DNA of 53,278 nt, filler included, from Sphacelaria rigidula (taxonomy: Eukaryota): assembly GCA_964200075.2 (NCBI GenBank). It is 4 parts of 4 records of this genome, joined end to end, with 100 filler letters (N's around TTAATTAATTAA, not from the genome) between each part and the next. Parts side by side here need not be neighbours in the genome. Positions count along the whole stretch, not along the records: positions 40,036 to 53,278 come from CAXNAA020003035.1; 3 more parts are not named here. The stretch is one strand, 5' to 3'. The translations under genes were made by a program, and so were the position numbers. Below, piece by piece: positions 40,036 through 52,629 of this stretch (its first letter is position 1; every line of letters starts with the position of its first letter). The notes beneath the pieces were generated by a model. That model did not search any database and was not told the origin of the DNA. It worked only from the letters and a program-made list of their open reading frames with translations.

Positions 40036-42559
40036 AAAGGGCAAAAGCACCAGTAAACAAGACATACTCAAGCGACATTAGACCCGTGACACCCCCCCCC
40101 CCAAAAAAAAAAATACACGTGTATATGGGACCGACATACAGGCAGCCCTGTGGCAATGCTGGCAACCCCTGCTGGTGGGCTGTTAGCAACGACGAAAGAC
40201 CGCTGCAAAAACAAGAAATCCAGGCGTACAAATAGGCCTGGGGCAATGTGCTGGGATTGAAAACAAATAAATGGCGGCAAGGAAAGACCAGGCGTGAAAC
40301 ACCCGTGCAGATGACCGAGGCGTCGACCCTCACCCCTGGGGTAACGCTGCCCTGCGGAACAACAAGGGTAACAGTATCCGAAAAAAAGACTTACGCAAGC
40401 GACATTAGACCCATGATCGAAGCCCATTAGACCTCCAACTTCTACGAAGGCAAAATTCGTTACGGCAGACACTCCGCGGCGTTATGACGAAGAGTGGAAA
40501 CACGCCAAACCAGAGGGAGCAAGAGGACAAAACCATGCCGTCAAGACAGTGCCCACACATAGCTCTTATGTAGCCCTCCAAGGATAGCTACAAGTTCGCC
40601 CCCCCCCCCCCCCCCCCTTCCCGACGGTTAGTCTCGGCAGGGCATGACCGAACGAAATCGCTCACCAAACAACCTCGACAAAATCGCGGAAACAATCAAC
40701 CCAGCTACAGCGCTCCAGCTGCAGGGGAATTCCCTGAGATGGTCAAGTCGCCGACCCGCCACCACCGGAGGCGGCATCACCACCGAAACGAGCCGACGCC
40801 GGCGTGTTGTATTGAGGATAGATGTTACATTCCCCGTTGCTGAATTTTGCGCTTTGGGAGCCGCGCTCCGCGTGTGGATGCTCTTACGCCGGCCTGTCCT
40901 GTCATTCATTGTGGCGGGCGTATCGTCCCGTCCCTCGTCAGCATTCCCCACGCTAGAGGGACTACCTTGAACGCCACATCGGCGTGGATGGCACGGTATT
41001 TATCCACGCGATAACCACCGTGGATGAGGTCCGTCGCCTTCGCCATCTTGTCGACCTCTAGTTATTTCATGCATGACGGGGCGAACGTGAGGAATGTCGA
41101 CACGATCCTGCAACTAAAAAGAGCAACGAGAGTGTGCGGAGGGATTTTGCAGGGTTGATGATTGCACCGATAATACCCCCTGTAGCCAACATGGTAAACA
41201 GCAAAAACCTCTTTTTAAAAATAACTCCGCCATCTGCAGCGACGTTTTCAACAACAGGACGCACCTGTAAATATCTGGAATGCAGGTGTACCTAGGGATA
41301 GGAGAGTGCCGGAGGGGGGCAACGGGGGGGGGGAGGGTGCGCCTCTGAAAACGGTGACGGCGGCAGTTTCACAATGCGCCCTCGGCACCCAAGCTGAGCA
41401 GGAGATTGCTCAAACTTTCCGAAAATACAAAACCACTTCATTCAAAAAAACAAAAGAAAATACGACAGTGCCTGGGAAAAGGGGGGGGGCGGAGGCAGGG
41501 ACGTTTTTCCAACCTGAACTCGGCGGGGGCGGCAGTGCAAGGAGGTGGCCTAGCTAAGCGGGAGAACACCCTTGAAAAAACATGTGAAATATGTTGGTGA
41601 AATTATACAACCCATCTGCAGAAAACTCCGGATGAAGCGGTACGTGTGTGGGGGGGTAATTATGTGGCCAACCTGTAAACGGCGGGGGGGCGGCACCTCA
41701 ACAAGGCGCCCAAACCGAGGACTGGTGGTCGGAAAATCTAAACTGCCAATCGCATAAATCGCAGAGCGTGAGTACGACTGGAGACGAACAGGGCGGGGCA
41801 TGGGCGGCAGAGAAATATCACTCTACGCCACGCGCCCATGCGTAGGAGGCGGATGAATCACTGTGAATATCAATGAATATTTAGAAAATAACAATGAAAA
41901 AATAACCAAAAGATGCCACATGCCGTTGGTCGGGTTTCCCACATGAGACCTGAGCGCAGTATTTGCTTTTTTGCGTGGTTCGCTTGATCGTCATCCCGTC
42001 TTTCCTAACGAAATGTGCTACCTTCCCCAGCAATACGAAAGCTCTTGTGAACTGCCGAGTCGGTCCTTTATGCTTCGTGCGGACGTACGGGTGGGCACGG
42101 GACGTTTGAAGAGTTCTTTTCGGGTCATTTGTTTTCTCCTCATCTTCTTCATATACCATACGAGCTATGTACGCACCAGGCCAACATGACGGACACCACA
42201 GCTCCGAGTTTTCTTTTACGCGAGCACATATTTTTCATGAATGCAGCACGCGGTCAGTAGTACCGTACCAACGTACGGTCAGTAACTACAATAGTACACA
42301 CGCAACAGCACAGACGTCCCAGCTTGGGCGGTTCTGCTATTTCTGCTTCCCCCTCTTGTCATACGTTTGCACGTGCTCGGAATGCTGAGGATTCGAAAAA
42401 TGCTCCCCCGTCAAGGTCTGGACTGTCTTGCGTAGGTCTTTGCCCGGAATGCTCGGATTTAGGCGTAACGTCTCATTCACTAGCGACTGGATTACTCCGA
42501 TCGACGCTGTTGTCGTGCGGCCGCTGCAGCGTACGTGATTGCGGTCGGTTCACGTCTTC

Positions 42560-43330
42560 TACTCCCCTGTCCTCTGCTTTGTGGCGCTTATGACGGCCGT
42601 GCACCCTAGATCCGTTCTGTTTTTTTTCTAGACCCGTTCTGGTTGTTTTGTCGTACTTGCGCAGTGAGTAGTAGAAAGCCTTTTTCTTCCCGCCTCCTTC
42701 ACCCGCCTTCATGCTTCGACCAGTAACAAGCAACAACCTTCCCGCGTGGGCGCACAGGTCTTCGCAATCGTTGGAAAGCAATACCTTCTGCATGACCTTA
42801 TTGTTCACTTGGTACGAGTGGGACGCAGCGGCCATCCTTCATGAACAATTTGGTTTTTCGATTTGTCCGCCGTGAATCTATTGCCCGCCCTGTCCCAGCC
42901 CTGTTCGAAGCTGTGGAACCAGCGCGTAATTGTGGGTACGGCGTTCCATGGGTTGGGAAAGTGGTAGTCGGATTGACAAAACAAATATCCCAATATATCG
43001 CCACCAGCAGCCGAAAGGTAACAAATATTATGGTGACGTGTGCACTGGGGCTGGTCGGGAACCTGCTGGTCGGGCACGTCCATCGCCAGTATAAAGTGAA
43101 AGTCAATTTGAATGGTCACAACAGGTACACCGCGAGTGTCTTTCGCCAGAAACGGTTGCAGGCGTGATTTGGCCAACCAACCGGTTGCATTTGTTGCTTG
43201 TTCTGAAATTGTCAGGTATGCCGTTTTTTCAGCGAAAATGCATGCGGTATACCGTGTTTTTGGCGATTGCCTGACGTTGAAGGGTACTAGATGATATTGG
43301 TCCAAAAAAAGACCCGACGCTGCACGGCGT
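42560..43330 (-). pseudogene. Degenerate Ulp1/SENP-like (C48) cysteine protease
   Basis: Across frameshifts: ...GWLAKSRLQPF...PVVTIQIDFHFILAMDV (His strand, about 43097) and ...QKVLLSNDCEDLCAHAGRLL (Q-x-NDC motif, Cys about 42765), in C48 order; recognised by eye only. Confidence 0.4.
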
Positions 43331-44831
43331 CATCTGGAAACAGTAGCGGTGCTCGTACAACCTTTTTACGTATGTTGCCCGCTTTTTTACTCTTCCACCG
43401 TACTGTCAGTAGAGGAGGGTGCGATTGCGTTTTGTGCTGTGTTTTCTTGGTGCAGTAATCTTGGCTCCCGAGAGGGGGCAAGCGGCAACGACTTCACCAA
43501 AACGGGCCCTCTCCTTGTGCTTGACTGGCCTACTAGTCGTTATGTAGATGATGAACTACGACTCGGCCTCGGCCGCGAGATTTTCACCGCTGGTCATGAC
43601 GTACAAGACTAGTCTACACTATTGATTGGTGCATCACTCCGCTTGCCCTCACGGTTCCCTCAGCGAGCAGTCGTTTTTATCATTCCCAACACAAAATTCC
43701 GTTTTCAAGACTACAAGATTCATTCGACTGAGGTCTCACGGGCCAAAGGTTGCGCAAGCCCTGCGCACGGGGCAGATGTCGAAGAGGAGTAGGGGACTTT
43801 TGTTCAGCAGAGTCCACGCCAACTCGGCGGCAAAACTCCATGGTTGACAATGATGTTTTCAGTGTGAACGATCATCATCGGATTTTGGAAGGCGTTACTG
43901 TCCCAATGGCTCGCCAAGCGTACGCAACGCTGCAGCGCCGATTCGCTCCAAACAGTGCACACTCTGCCTATTCTAGGGCACTGTATGTGTCTCGCTTGAC
44001 CGAGGGTACTTGGTCCGCCTGGTGCTAGGGTTTAGATTAGGTTTGGAGCTATGAATAGACGAGAGCAAAATATGTTGAAGCACAGATTTATGTCGCCGAG
44101 TTCGCCTGAACCCGCCTACCTTTTTTTCTCCTCCATTACCCTATACTCGAATGTAGTTTTGTCGGAAGAATCGGCAACACTAACTGCATCGACCGGGCGA
44201 CCCGTACTCGACCTTCATGCGTCCAGCTGTCTTGTCGTCAGGCATCCCTGGGTCACCAGCATCTGTAACACAACCTGCGGGCGACTCCAGGCTGCCATTG
44301 TGCTTGCCAGGAGTCGCAGACTCCGCTTGCCGCGTTCCGGGGTTCGCGTCGCTCATCAAGTTGAACTACCCGAAAACGATGCAGTTTTCGGTGTGCAGCC
44401 GCTCCAACAGCTTGGCAAGTTTTACGAAGCCTAGCTTACGACGGTGACGCCCTGCAGTCAACACAGTGAACTGGCTGGTTGCTTTCAGGCTGTCGTTCCG
44501 AAATTGTGATGGCGCTTCTGTCTGCCAAGCACTCAGCGCCAACAACGGCAATCGCTGTGACACATGGCACTTGACCGCCGAAATTTCCAAGCTCCAACTG
44601 ATTTTTGTTGAGTTCCCACATCCGTCTCTCCCAAGATGATGACTCACCTGCAATCATCATTTATTGACCAATCAGAAATTTTCCCGCTCCCACCAGAATC
44701 GTATTTCCGCGACTGAAAAATCATCCGCCTTGCCGTACTGCGCGATTCAGGCCATACCTTTCTGTTGTATTTTTTATGTCCAACTGAGGAATATATTGCA
44801 AGGCTGGCACCGCCACTTTTTCAATACAGTG

Positions 44832-46159
44832 CAGTGTTGAATATCGAACGGAAAAATAAGTTCGATACGATATTTTCAACGTATCGACCTCAAGACGTCG
44901 ATAGCGATATTTTTTCGACACGCGGAAAAGGACCCGATACGTATCGATACTCGATACAGATACTGGATACGATATGATACGGCTATTTTGGTGGGGACAC
45001 AGCTTGCAAGACCTCTCGGTACTACACTGACACTAGCAACCTAACCCGGAGTGGGTGCACGCCTGATTGTATGAAGGTACAGCAGCACCAGTGTGTCATT
45101 TGGCATTTGTTATCTGACATCATAGAAGTGGCGGCACAACACGCGGCGTGATGCTCCGGTTTGACAAAAATGGTTCATCGTGCAAGGGGCAAGTCGCAAA
45201 AGAGGTGGTTGATCACAACTCGAGGTGTGATGCATCATATATGGTGTGTTCTTCAAGCCGGTGATATACCACAGTATATTCCGCGGCCACTATTCGGTCA
45301 TGTTTCTATCAATTTAAGCATTCACCTCGGGTCTGCGCACTGCGAACGCACTCATAAGTCAATAAAAAACCCGCCAAACGTCGAAACTGGGCCAAAAATG
45401 ATGAATGCAAATTCGCGCTCGCTTTTTCTGTTCTCTATGCCAAACAAGGGATAAGTCGGCAGCAGAGGTCCAATTTTTTCATTGTCGGCTACACAACGAA
45501 GTATAATCTCCAGACACCTAAACGCCAAAGCAATAAAATTTCAAAGCTTGTAGCAAAAACTGGATGTGATGAGATGAGATGACCGTCTACCCTCACACGC
45601 GAAACACTCCCGCCGACAAGAAGGCTTGCAGGGATGGGTTGTATGGGAAGTCTGAAGGATCCGCTACCTTCGCGGGTAGCTCTGCTTGCCCGCTCTCTCC
45701 ACTCTTGGTTGAGGGCACTGGGGCGGCCGCTGGTGCAGCACCAGTAGCCGTAGCAGACACAGATACAAACGGTTCGACAGAAACGTCGACCGTAGCAGAC
45801 ACGGATACAGACGGCAGAAACGTCGATCGCAAACTTTTTGCTACTGCCTTTTACGAAGCCGAAGGTCTGAAGGCGGCTCATGTTGCAGACCGTGGTTCGC
45901 AGCATGTGGCTGTGTGGTGGGTGGTGGGTGGCGGAGTGGTGGGCAGTGGGGTGATGGGCGGTGGCACGATGTACTGTCCACCACCCCCCGGTAAATAAAT
46001 AAACAAATATATCGACCATACCAATATCCGATATTGATATTGATATTGACATTGATACGTATCGACAAATATCGGCTTGGGAAGCGGCGATACCGATACG
46101 TCGTATCGACCGATATTATCGAAATCGTATCGAGTATCGACATCCGATTTTCAACACTG
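44832..46159. mobile_element. hAT-superfamily non-autonomous DNA transposon (1328 bp)
   Basis: TIRs CAGTGTTGAATATCG / CGATTTTCAACACTG (14/15 match); perfect 8-bp TSD atacagtg (44824-44831, 46160-46167); dense CGATA/TATCG subterminal repeats at both ends. Confidence 0.92.
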
Positions 46160-46899
46160 ATACAGTGTATTGGGGTATGGCGTGGCTATGGCCCCTGGTC
46201 TCTGCGATACGCCGTGGCTGTGGTGTGCAAGTCCGGGCCGGATGCATAGCTTGATCTCGTTTCAAGTAGTGAGGAATAGTACTGGGTACCATATCCGAAA
46301 AGCCCACACCAGCGCGTGTGCAGCAATCACCCGGGGGCATGACTGTCGTATGACGGCCACAGAGTAGCCCTCTTTCGAAAATCCAATTTGTTATTGCTAT
46401 GGAACCGAGGGTTCTTTGACGCTTGAGCACACCGTAAATGGCTTTGGAAACTTCTTCAACGTTTTATGTTTCGGCTAGTTGTGTCTGCACGGACGTAATG
46501 TACCTCACTGTGCATACCAAAAATGTACAATACTTGAGTGTGTTGAGGGTCCTTGTTTCCTGGGGTACGCCGTGAGCACAATATACAACGACGGGAATCA
46601 GACACTTGTGAGTAAAGAAGCCAAACTGGACTCAACTGGCAGCAATTGAACCCGAGTTTCTCCAACCCGATCGTGTCAGTTGTACCATTAGACCGTTGCT
46701 TGCACAAATGGTGACGTATAGTATCTCAAGTTACAAGACGATTCCAAGCGACCCCCTTCCCACAAAAGTGCCTCCGGTTAGCTTTCGAACTTTGCCCTCA
46801 AGTGTTGCACACATGTCCGGAGGGAAGATGGGGTACAGGTTTACCATTATAGAGAGTCTAACCCATCGTTTTAAAAACAATTTCGAGCTATGCTGACAT

Positions 46900-47818
46900 G
46901 AAGTACTCCATGTATGATCGGTCGCTCCAGGTGCCGAATATCACGAAATTCCAGGCGTAAGAGTGTTGGGTTCTTCAGCGAAGAACTTTGCTTCACTCTC
47001 CCGGACGTTTGTGTGAGAATGTTCATGACAGAATTCGAACGGCATCTCTTGTGGAGAACGAGAAAAGCAGAATAGTTCAGGTCGACAGGATCTCGTTGCA
47101 CATAGTTCGTATGCCATTCTGCTCACTAATTCCAACCCTTGATTGCATGCTTTTCTTGTGATACGGGGGGGTAGGTCTGAACTTCGCATTTTCTACGTGA
47201 TTAATATACCAATATGAAAGCGTGAGCCGCGCGATGTCGATGTTGAAGAATTAGCATATGGACATTTCCATACAAAACGAAGCAAAACGGCGATATCATG
47301 TCTGGAATGCATGTTTCGTTGTTTCGGCATGGAGTACTATGTCGTGGAACAGTTTTAGTTATCGCGTTGGGTTCGTCCTGATCTCAGCATCTGGCCGATG
47401 TGTGTCAAGCATGGAATCTTCCGTGTCGTTCTTGAAAGAAGATGCGATGTTGTGTCTCTTCGTGAGACCAGCGCATAATTTAGGCCTACTTTTCCCTATT
47501 CATGACATGAGCCTGCTCTTGTGGTGAACGAACGAAAACAATTCTGAACCAAGTATATTTTCGCGCGTCGGTGTCTCTTCAGCCGACAAGCGGGTTAAGT
47601 GCATCTTGCCACCTCGCAACGACTTACTCCACTTTCCAAGATACATCCAGCGCAGTTAGCATATTTTTTGTGCACCAGTCTAGCTTTGAGATTATTTGGA
47701 ATGTTCCGAACAACCCGTGATATCCCTTCAATTCCTCGATTTTCCTGAGTCGTCTTTGCACGAATTCGGGGATTCCATTTTTTCGCCCGGAAGGTTCCTC
47801 ACTCGGCCGAAGCTCAAA
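46900..47818 (-). pseudogene. Decayed spliced gene of unknown function
   Basis: Exon-like block 47818-47627 with cacacag acceptor and gtaagt donor (FELRPSEE...SWKVE), followed by stop-interrupted frames; no family recognised. Confidence 0.3.
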
Positions 47819-48169
47819 CTGTGTGAACAAGAAAACGACGAAGTGTGCCGGAACCCTCGATGAAAAGTAGAGCGAATGATTTTGAGGTTTTAGTTTTACA
47901 GCTCGTCAAACCCCCTTTTCCAGCGAACTGAAACTCTACTTGTACAACTGGCGTGTTTGATACACTTGTCATTCTAGTTGACAGAAGTAGCCTTTTGAAA
48001 CGTTTGAGCGCTGAATGTGTAATTACTTTGCAGTCATTTTCCGCCTTGCGTCGTCTCCATCAAGGGATGCAGGTGCTCGCACTCCCTTGTCAGCTTTGAA
48101 ATTGAAGGGAAGGCTTCTCCGAGCGTTAGGAGCATTCTGTATAGTAACGCATGTACTGCAAACTAATAG

Positions 48170-50181
48170 GGTGTTCGCGTCGCGGGGCCGGTTGTTGAGA
48201 TGTTCACGCCCGGGTGATTCAGGGGTAAGATAATTGATATTCTTCGACTGTGCTGAAAATACGATTTCCAGCCGAAATATATCAAGCAAAACGTGCTTAT
48301 CCCCACGAATACTTTATTGCGCGCCTTCTGCAGGAAAAATGGACCGACCTGGCGTGTGATCTCAACACCGACAGGAGGGCACAGTACTCCAGGATGTTGA
48401 ACGAAGTCAAAGTGAGTCAAGACCGAACCCAGGCAGCCCAGCTGGAGACGTGGCTCTTGATTATGGCTGCTTCGGCAAAGCTGGCCAGCTTGGCCGCGAT
48501 CATTGCGATGCACAGAAATGCCAGGATCGTCTCCACCAAGGATGTCGAGGGTGCGTGGGACGCACTGGGTTTATTGGCCAGTCGGTTGCCTTGTGCGGCC
48601 GTTCTAGCAGTCGGCGGGCTGGAGGCCGAGTCGGATGAGGGGAGCGATGGTAGCAGCGACGAAGAGTATGACCCATTAGAAGAGTCTGCTTCTGACGATG
48701 ATGAATGTTCGGGCGATGATGATGACGACTCTGTCGATGATTGTGATGATGACAGCGATGAAGGATTCGAAGGAGGTTGGAGCTCTGAGCCCGAGCCCTG
48801 TAATCCTGACCAGGAGGAAGCAGATGAGCAAGAGGAAAGATCACAGGCCTCAAGCTGTCTCGCGCCCGAGATGAGTCCCCAGGCGTCGCACAACGACCCT
48901 GACGGGACGGCGACAGAGGAAGAGGAAAAGGAAAAACCGCAGACCTGCAGCTATCTCGCACCCGAGATGGTGAGCTCATCACCCTCTGTCAAAGAGTGTT
49001 GTGTGCATCGTTGGGTTTTGAAGTACAGAACGTAGCGGACGGGAACGTCGTTCTGCCTATTAGTAGGTTTTGAGCATGCACCGTATGGCATGTCTTACGA
49101 GTCTAGGCAAGAGTTCCCCACTATCTCTTGCTGTGATGCCGAGGTTTCAACGGTGTTGAAATGGAAGATGATTTGAACGATTGATTGTCGCACATGAAGT
49201 GATCTGCCACGAAATCAGCAGTGGTCACAAGGTAGACGTACTCAAGGCGAAGAAACGGAAGTTCTCGCGGAATGAAACTCGAGAAAGAGAAATGAGGCAG
49301 AGGGGAGGGATAGAAACGACAAGGTGAAGGACGAGAAGAACAACAAAATAGAGGAGAGGAGAGAGAAGAACATGAGACAGCAAGTAAATGCCAGGCTGCG
49401 ATCTAGTACTGGTCCCTTGGACAAAATAATGGAAGGCTTGGAAATGTGCGTGAAAATGAGGACAGTTAGCGTCATCCGCCACCAGCCTGTGATCTTGTGC
49501 ACTTCAACTATTGTATATATAGAACTGGTTCCAAAGAGAGCATTAGTCTCTAGTCCTCTTGACTTGAAAGGCTGTTCCAGGGTGCCGCTTGAAACGATAG
49601 CGCTCGCGATGTGGCTGGTGTAAATTTTCGCCATGCTTCCGTTGAATTTGTGATGGCGTGCACCATCATATGGCAGGCCACACTCATGAAAACTATCCCC
49701 CACTTCCAGTCCCCACTCACTGACTCCCATTCCGTATTCTACTGCACCCCGCCACGAACGTGTTGAACAGATATCCCGACTCAAGGCAAATTTGGTCGCC
49801 CTCGGATTGAGTTCGGACGGGACACCTAGTGACCTGGTCGGAAGGCTTCTGGAAGCTATCCCCTCCCTGCCTGCTACGTCCGTACCGATGGCTGCCCCGA
49901 CGGCTGGGGTGGCGGCGTCCGATAGCGCCAGCAGGGTTGAGCAAGAGGGAAGCCGTAGAAGTGCTGTGTCAGACGGAACGGAAGCAACGAGAAAAGCATC
50001 CAAGCGGGGCTATTCCGCGCTGCAGCATCGCAAACCACTGAGAGACATGGAAAACCGGGGAGAAGTTGTTGATGCCGTCGATGGAGAGGGCTTACTATCT
50101 GCGAGCGATGGCGCAGCCAAGAAGCAGAAGCACACGAAAACCCCAATGGGTGGTAGTGTGGACAATGGACATGTACCATAG
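48170..50181 (+). pseudogene. Histone-fold + acidic tract + SAP-domain gene, 3 or more exons, disrupted
   Basis: Exon ending at 48969 (gtgag donor) contains HRNARIVSTKDVEGAWDALG, in register with H4 [20 protein letters not shown], followed by a long D/E tract. Exon 49222-49464 has an in-frame TGA at 49273. Exon 49771-50181 begins ISRLKANLVALGLSSDGTPSDLVGRLLEA (SAP consensus). Confidence 0.55.
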
Positions 50182-50528
50182 GAATAGAACTTTGTGACGC
50201 GGCGAATACGTGGTTTTGGAAGTTACGTCGAAGACTTGGTAGTTACTGCTTGAAAATTCTCTCAAGAATTCGAAAGCAATTATCCAGTAGGAACGAAATT
50301 GACCGACCCGAGTTGATCTTTGGGAGACATTAGAACGTGTATAGGAACGGTATAGAAGAACATTCTTGTATGTAAGTATTTCTGAAAAGATGTTCGTGAC
50401 AATGGGTTTTGGGATATTTTGCAGACACGAAGTGAATATATAATAGTGTACAAATGAAGTGCTTCTGCCCCCTTTGCAGCTGTCGTCCGGTATAGTGTTG
50501 AGTAGATCGACGGTTTTTATCACCCCCT

Positions 50529-51150
50529 GTGTCGAACCTGCATGGTTACGCAGAGATGTACTCTACGCTGCGTTGTGGGCTGATGGAGCCACTGCCTAAC
50601 CGCAGGATCGCACTTGTGATCGAGAGCGGTACCACGTTCATAGTGTTACGTGATCACATGAAGTTTGATGCTCCTACTACTGTACTTCGCGATTGTGAGA
50701 GCTCGCGATCGGTTTGAGTCGACACAAGCGACGATACCGTGGAGAAAATATGTAAAACTACACGAAACTTGTTCGATACAAACTTTTCTTCCGAGTTTCG
50801 GGCCGTAATCTATCTCCGTCACCCTTATACATTTGCGGGGACATGCGCTCACATCTTGACGGGAGGCGCAGCTAACGAACATGCGGGCATAAACACAGCA
50901 GACCTTATGGTTGAAGCAGAACGTGAAGTAATATTTCTCTCAAGACGAATGCCTCAAAAGTTTAGATGGCCACATTAGATGGGCCTGGCTGTGATAGACG
51001 TGGACACGTCTGTCAAGAAGTCATGATGGCAGACCTACGCAGGAAGCTTTCACATGGTGAGTTGGGAAGCACCACGAAGAACGAGAAAGATGAGGAGAAG
51101 TGGATGCATGCTGTTGAACGATGTTCTTAGACCAATAATGATGAACCTTC
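50529..51150 (+). pseudogene. Decayed ORF of unknown function
   Basis: ORFs 50529-50717 and 50739-50978 share one frame separated by a single stop and continue through further stops; no family recognised. Confidence 0.25.
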
Positions 51151-52629
51151 TTTGAGGGGAGTTCAGCTAAACACGTGAACCTCTACTGGACCGCGCCACA
51201 ATCCTCCCCGTGAGAGGATGTAAAAACGCCGACCACTTGAACAGAGCGACAGCAAATTGAATGTGCTCTACAACAGGAAGGACCAGCAGCATGGTGGCCG
51301 TTGTGGGGAGACAAGCACCTGTAAGTCAGTTTCTCTTTAATACTGGATGCACAAAATCGGAACTTCGCATATGGCCGCCGATCAATTTCAGGCCGGTAGC
51401 TCATCTGGGTCGACGACGACGCTCGTTTAAGACGTTTCTCTTCGTTGAAACCTTGCGAAGAGAAGAGGGGGAAATGATTTCCTTCTAGCGGCGACTGGGA
51501 TTGACGGCGGTGCCAAACCAACAGAGACATCTAGACTTTATCTCTCTTTGTATCGTACACTATATATAAAGGCCTCTGTGTGCTGTTGATCAACCGACTG
51601 GTCAGCATTAGTGCGCGGGGCACAAGGGGCAGGCTGCTAGCAGAACATCTTCTGTACAAGGACAGCAGCACTGAGCGCTTGCAGGTAGATGTAACTATAA
51701 TAATCCGTGCCTCGCTCCCCCCAACATGCACAATGACTTGTAGAGATCGGGATCTTCATGTACAATGGTGTGATGCAAAAGCACTAGTATAGAGTTGAGA
51801 CATACCAATCGGCGCCCATACAGTAAACAGGCTGTTCCAGGACACCATGCCAATCAGAGACGCGACCCGCCTGTTTCCCTAATCTTTCCTGGGATACTCC
51901 ACCAGGATACACTACTTGATTTTGAACTCCTCCCTTTTCACGGCAAAGTCGAGCATTCAGGCGACGCCCTCCTTGTTCACACGATACATACTCCTGCACA
52001 CCGTCTACGCCAACCCTATTGCAGTGACGTTGCCCTAGTGGTTTGAACGCGTACTGTACACTCTAAACCTGACAAAAAAGATCATTCTCCGGCTTACTGT
52101 GCTGACCGCGGGACGTTTCCTGAAGTGGCTAGTACTGTATAGCTCTAGTCAAGGGGCCCTTCATCGGAAAATTACGGCACCAGGGCCCCCCTTGTCGCCA
52201 AAATTTCATTCTGGGGCAGGAGGAGGGGGGGATGATACCCCAAATGTGATGGGTGGGTACCCCCCCTGATCGTTGGATGATGGCGATAGTACTTGCTGTA
52301 CTGGGATAATGAAAATCAAAGCAAATAATAAGCGATACAAACAACTAATAAGCAATACAAACAACTAATAAATAATAAATAATAAATAATAAATAATAGT
52401 AAAGCATTCCCTTTACAACCTATCTCGGTGTGTTGCGTCGCAGTGCAGTATGATGGCGACATGATGTAGAGATGCACGTTGGATGAACGTCGCTGTCTGC
52501 TCAAACGCGGGCAAACCACGTGATCATATAAAATTCACATACTTTGCATATATCGTCTTCCCTTTGTCCAATAAATAGAATTTTAGGCGCCAACCAACCA
52601 TCACCAACCAATTAATAAATATACTATAG

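Noticed and set aside
49273-49275. In-frame TGA as selenocysteine or readthrough
   Set aside because: It lies in a low-complexity charged linker of a gene with other lesions; simple nonsense decay (e.g. CGA to TGA) is more likely and no SECIS was recognised.
49242-50003. 253-aa minus-strand ORF
   Set aside because: Antisense to the SAP-containing exons; no recognisable motif.
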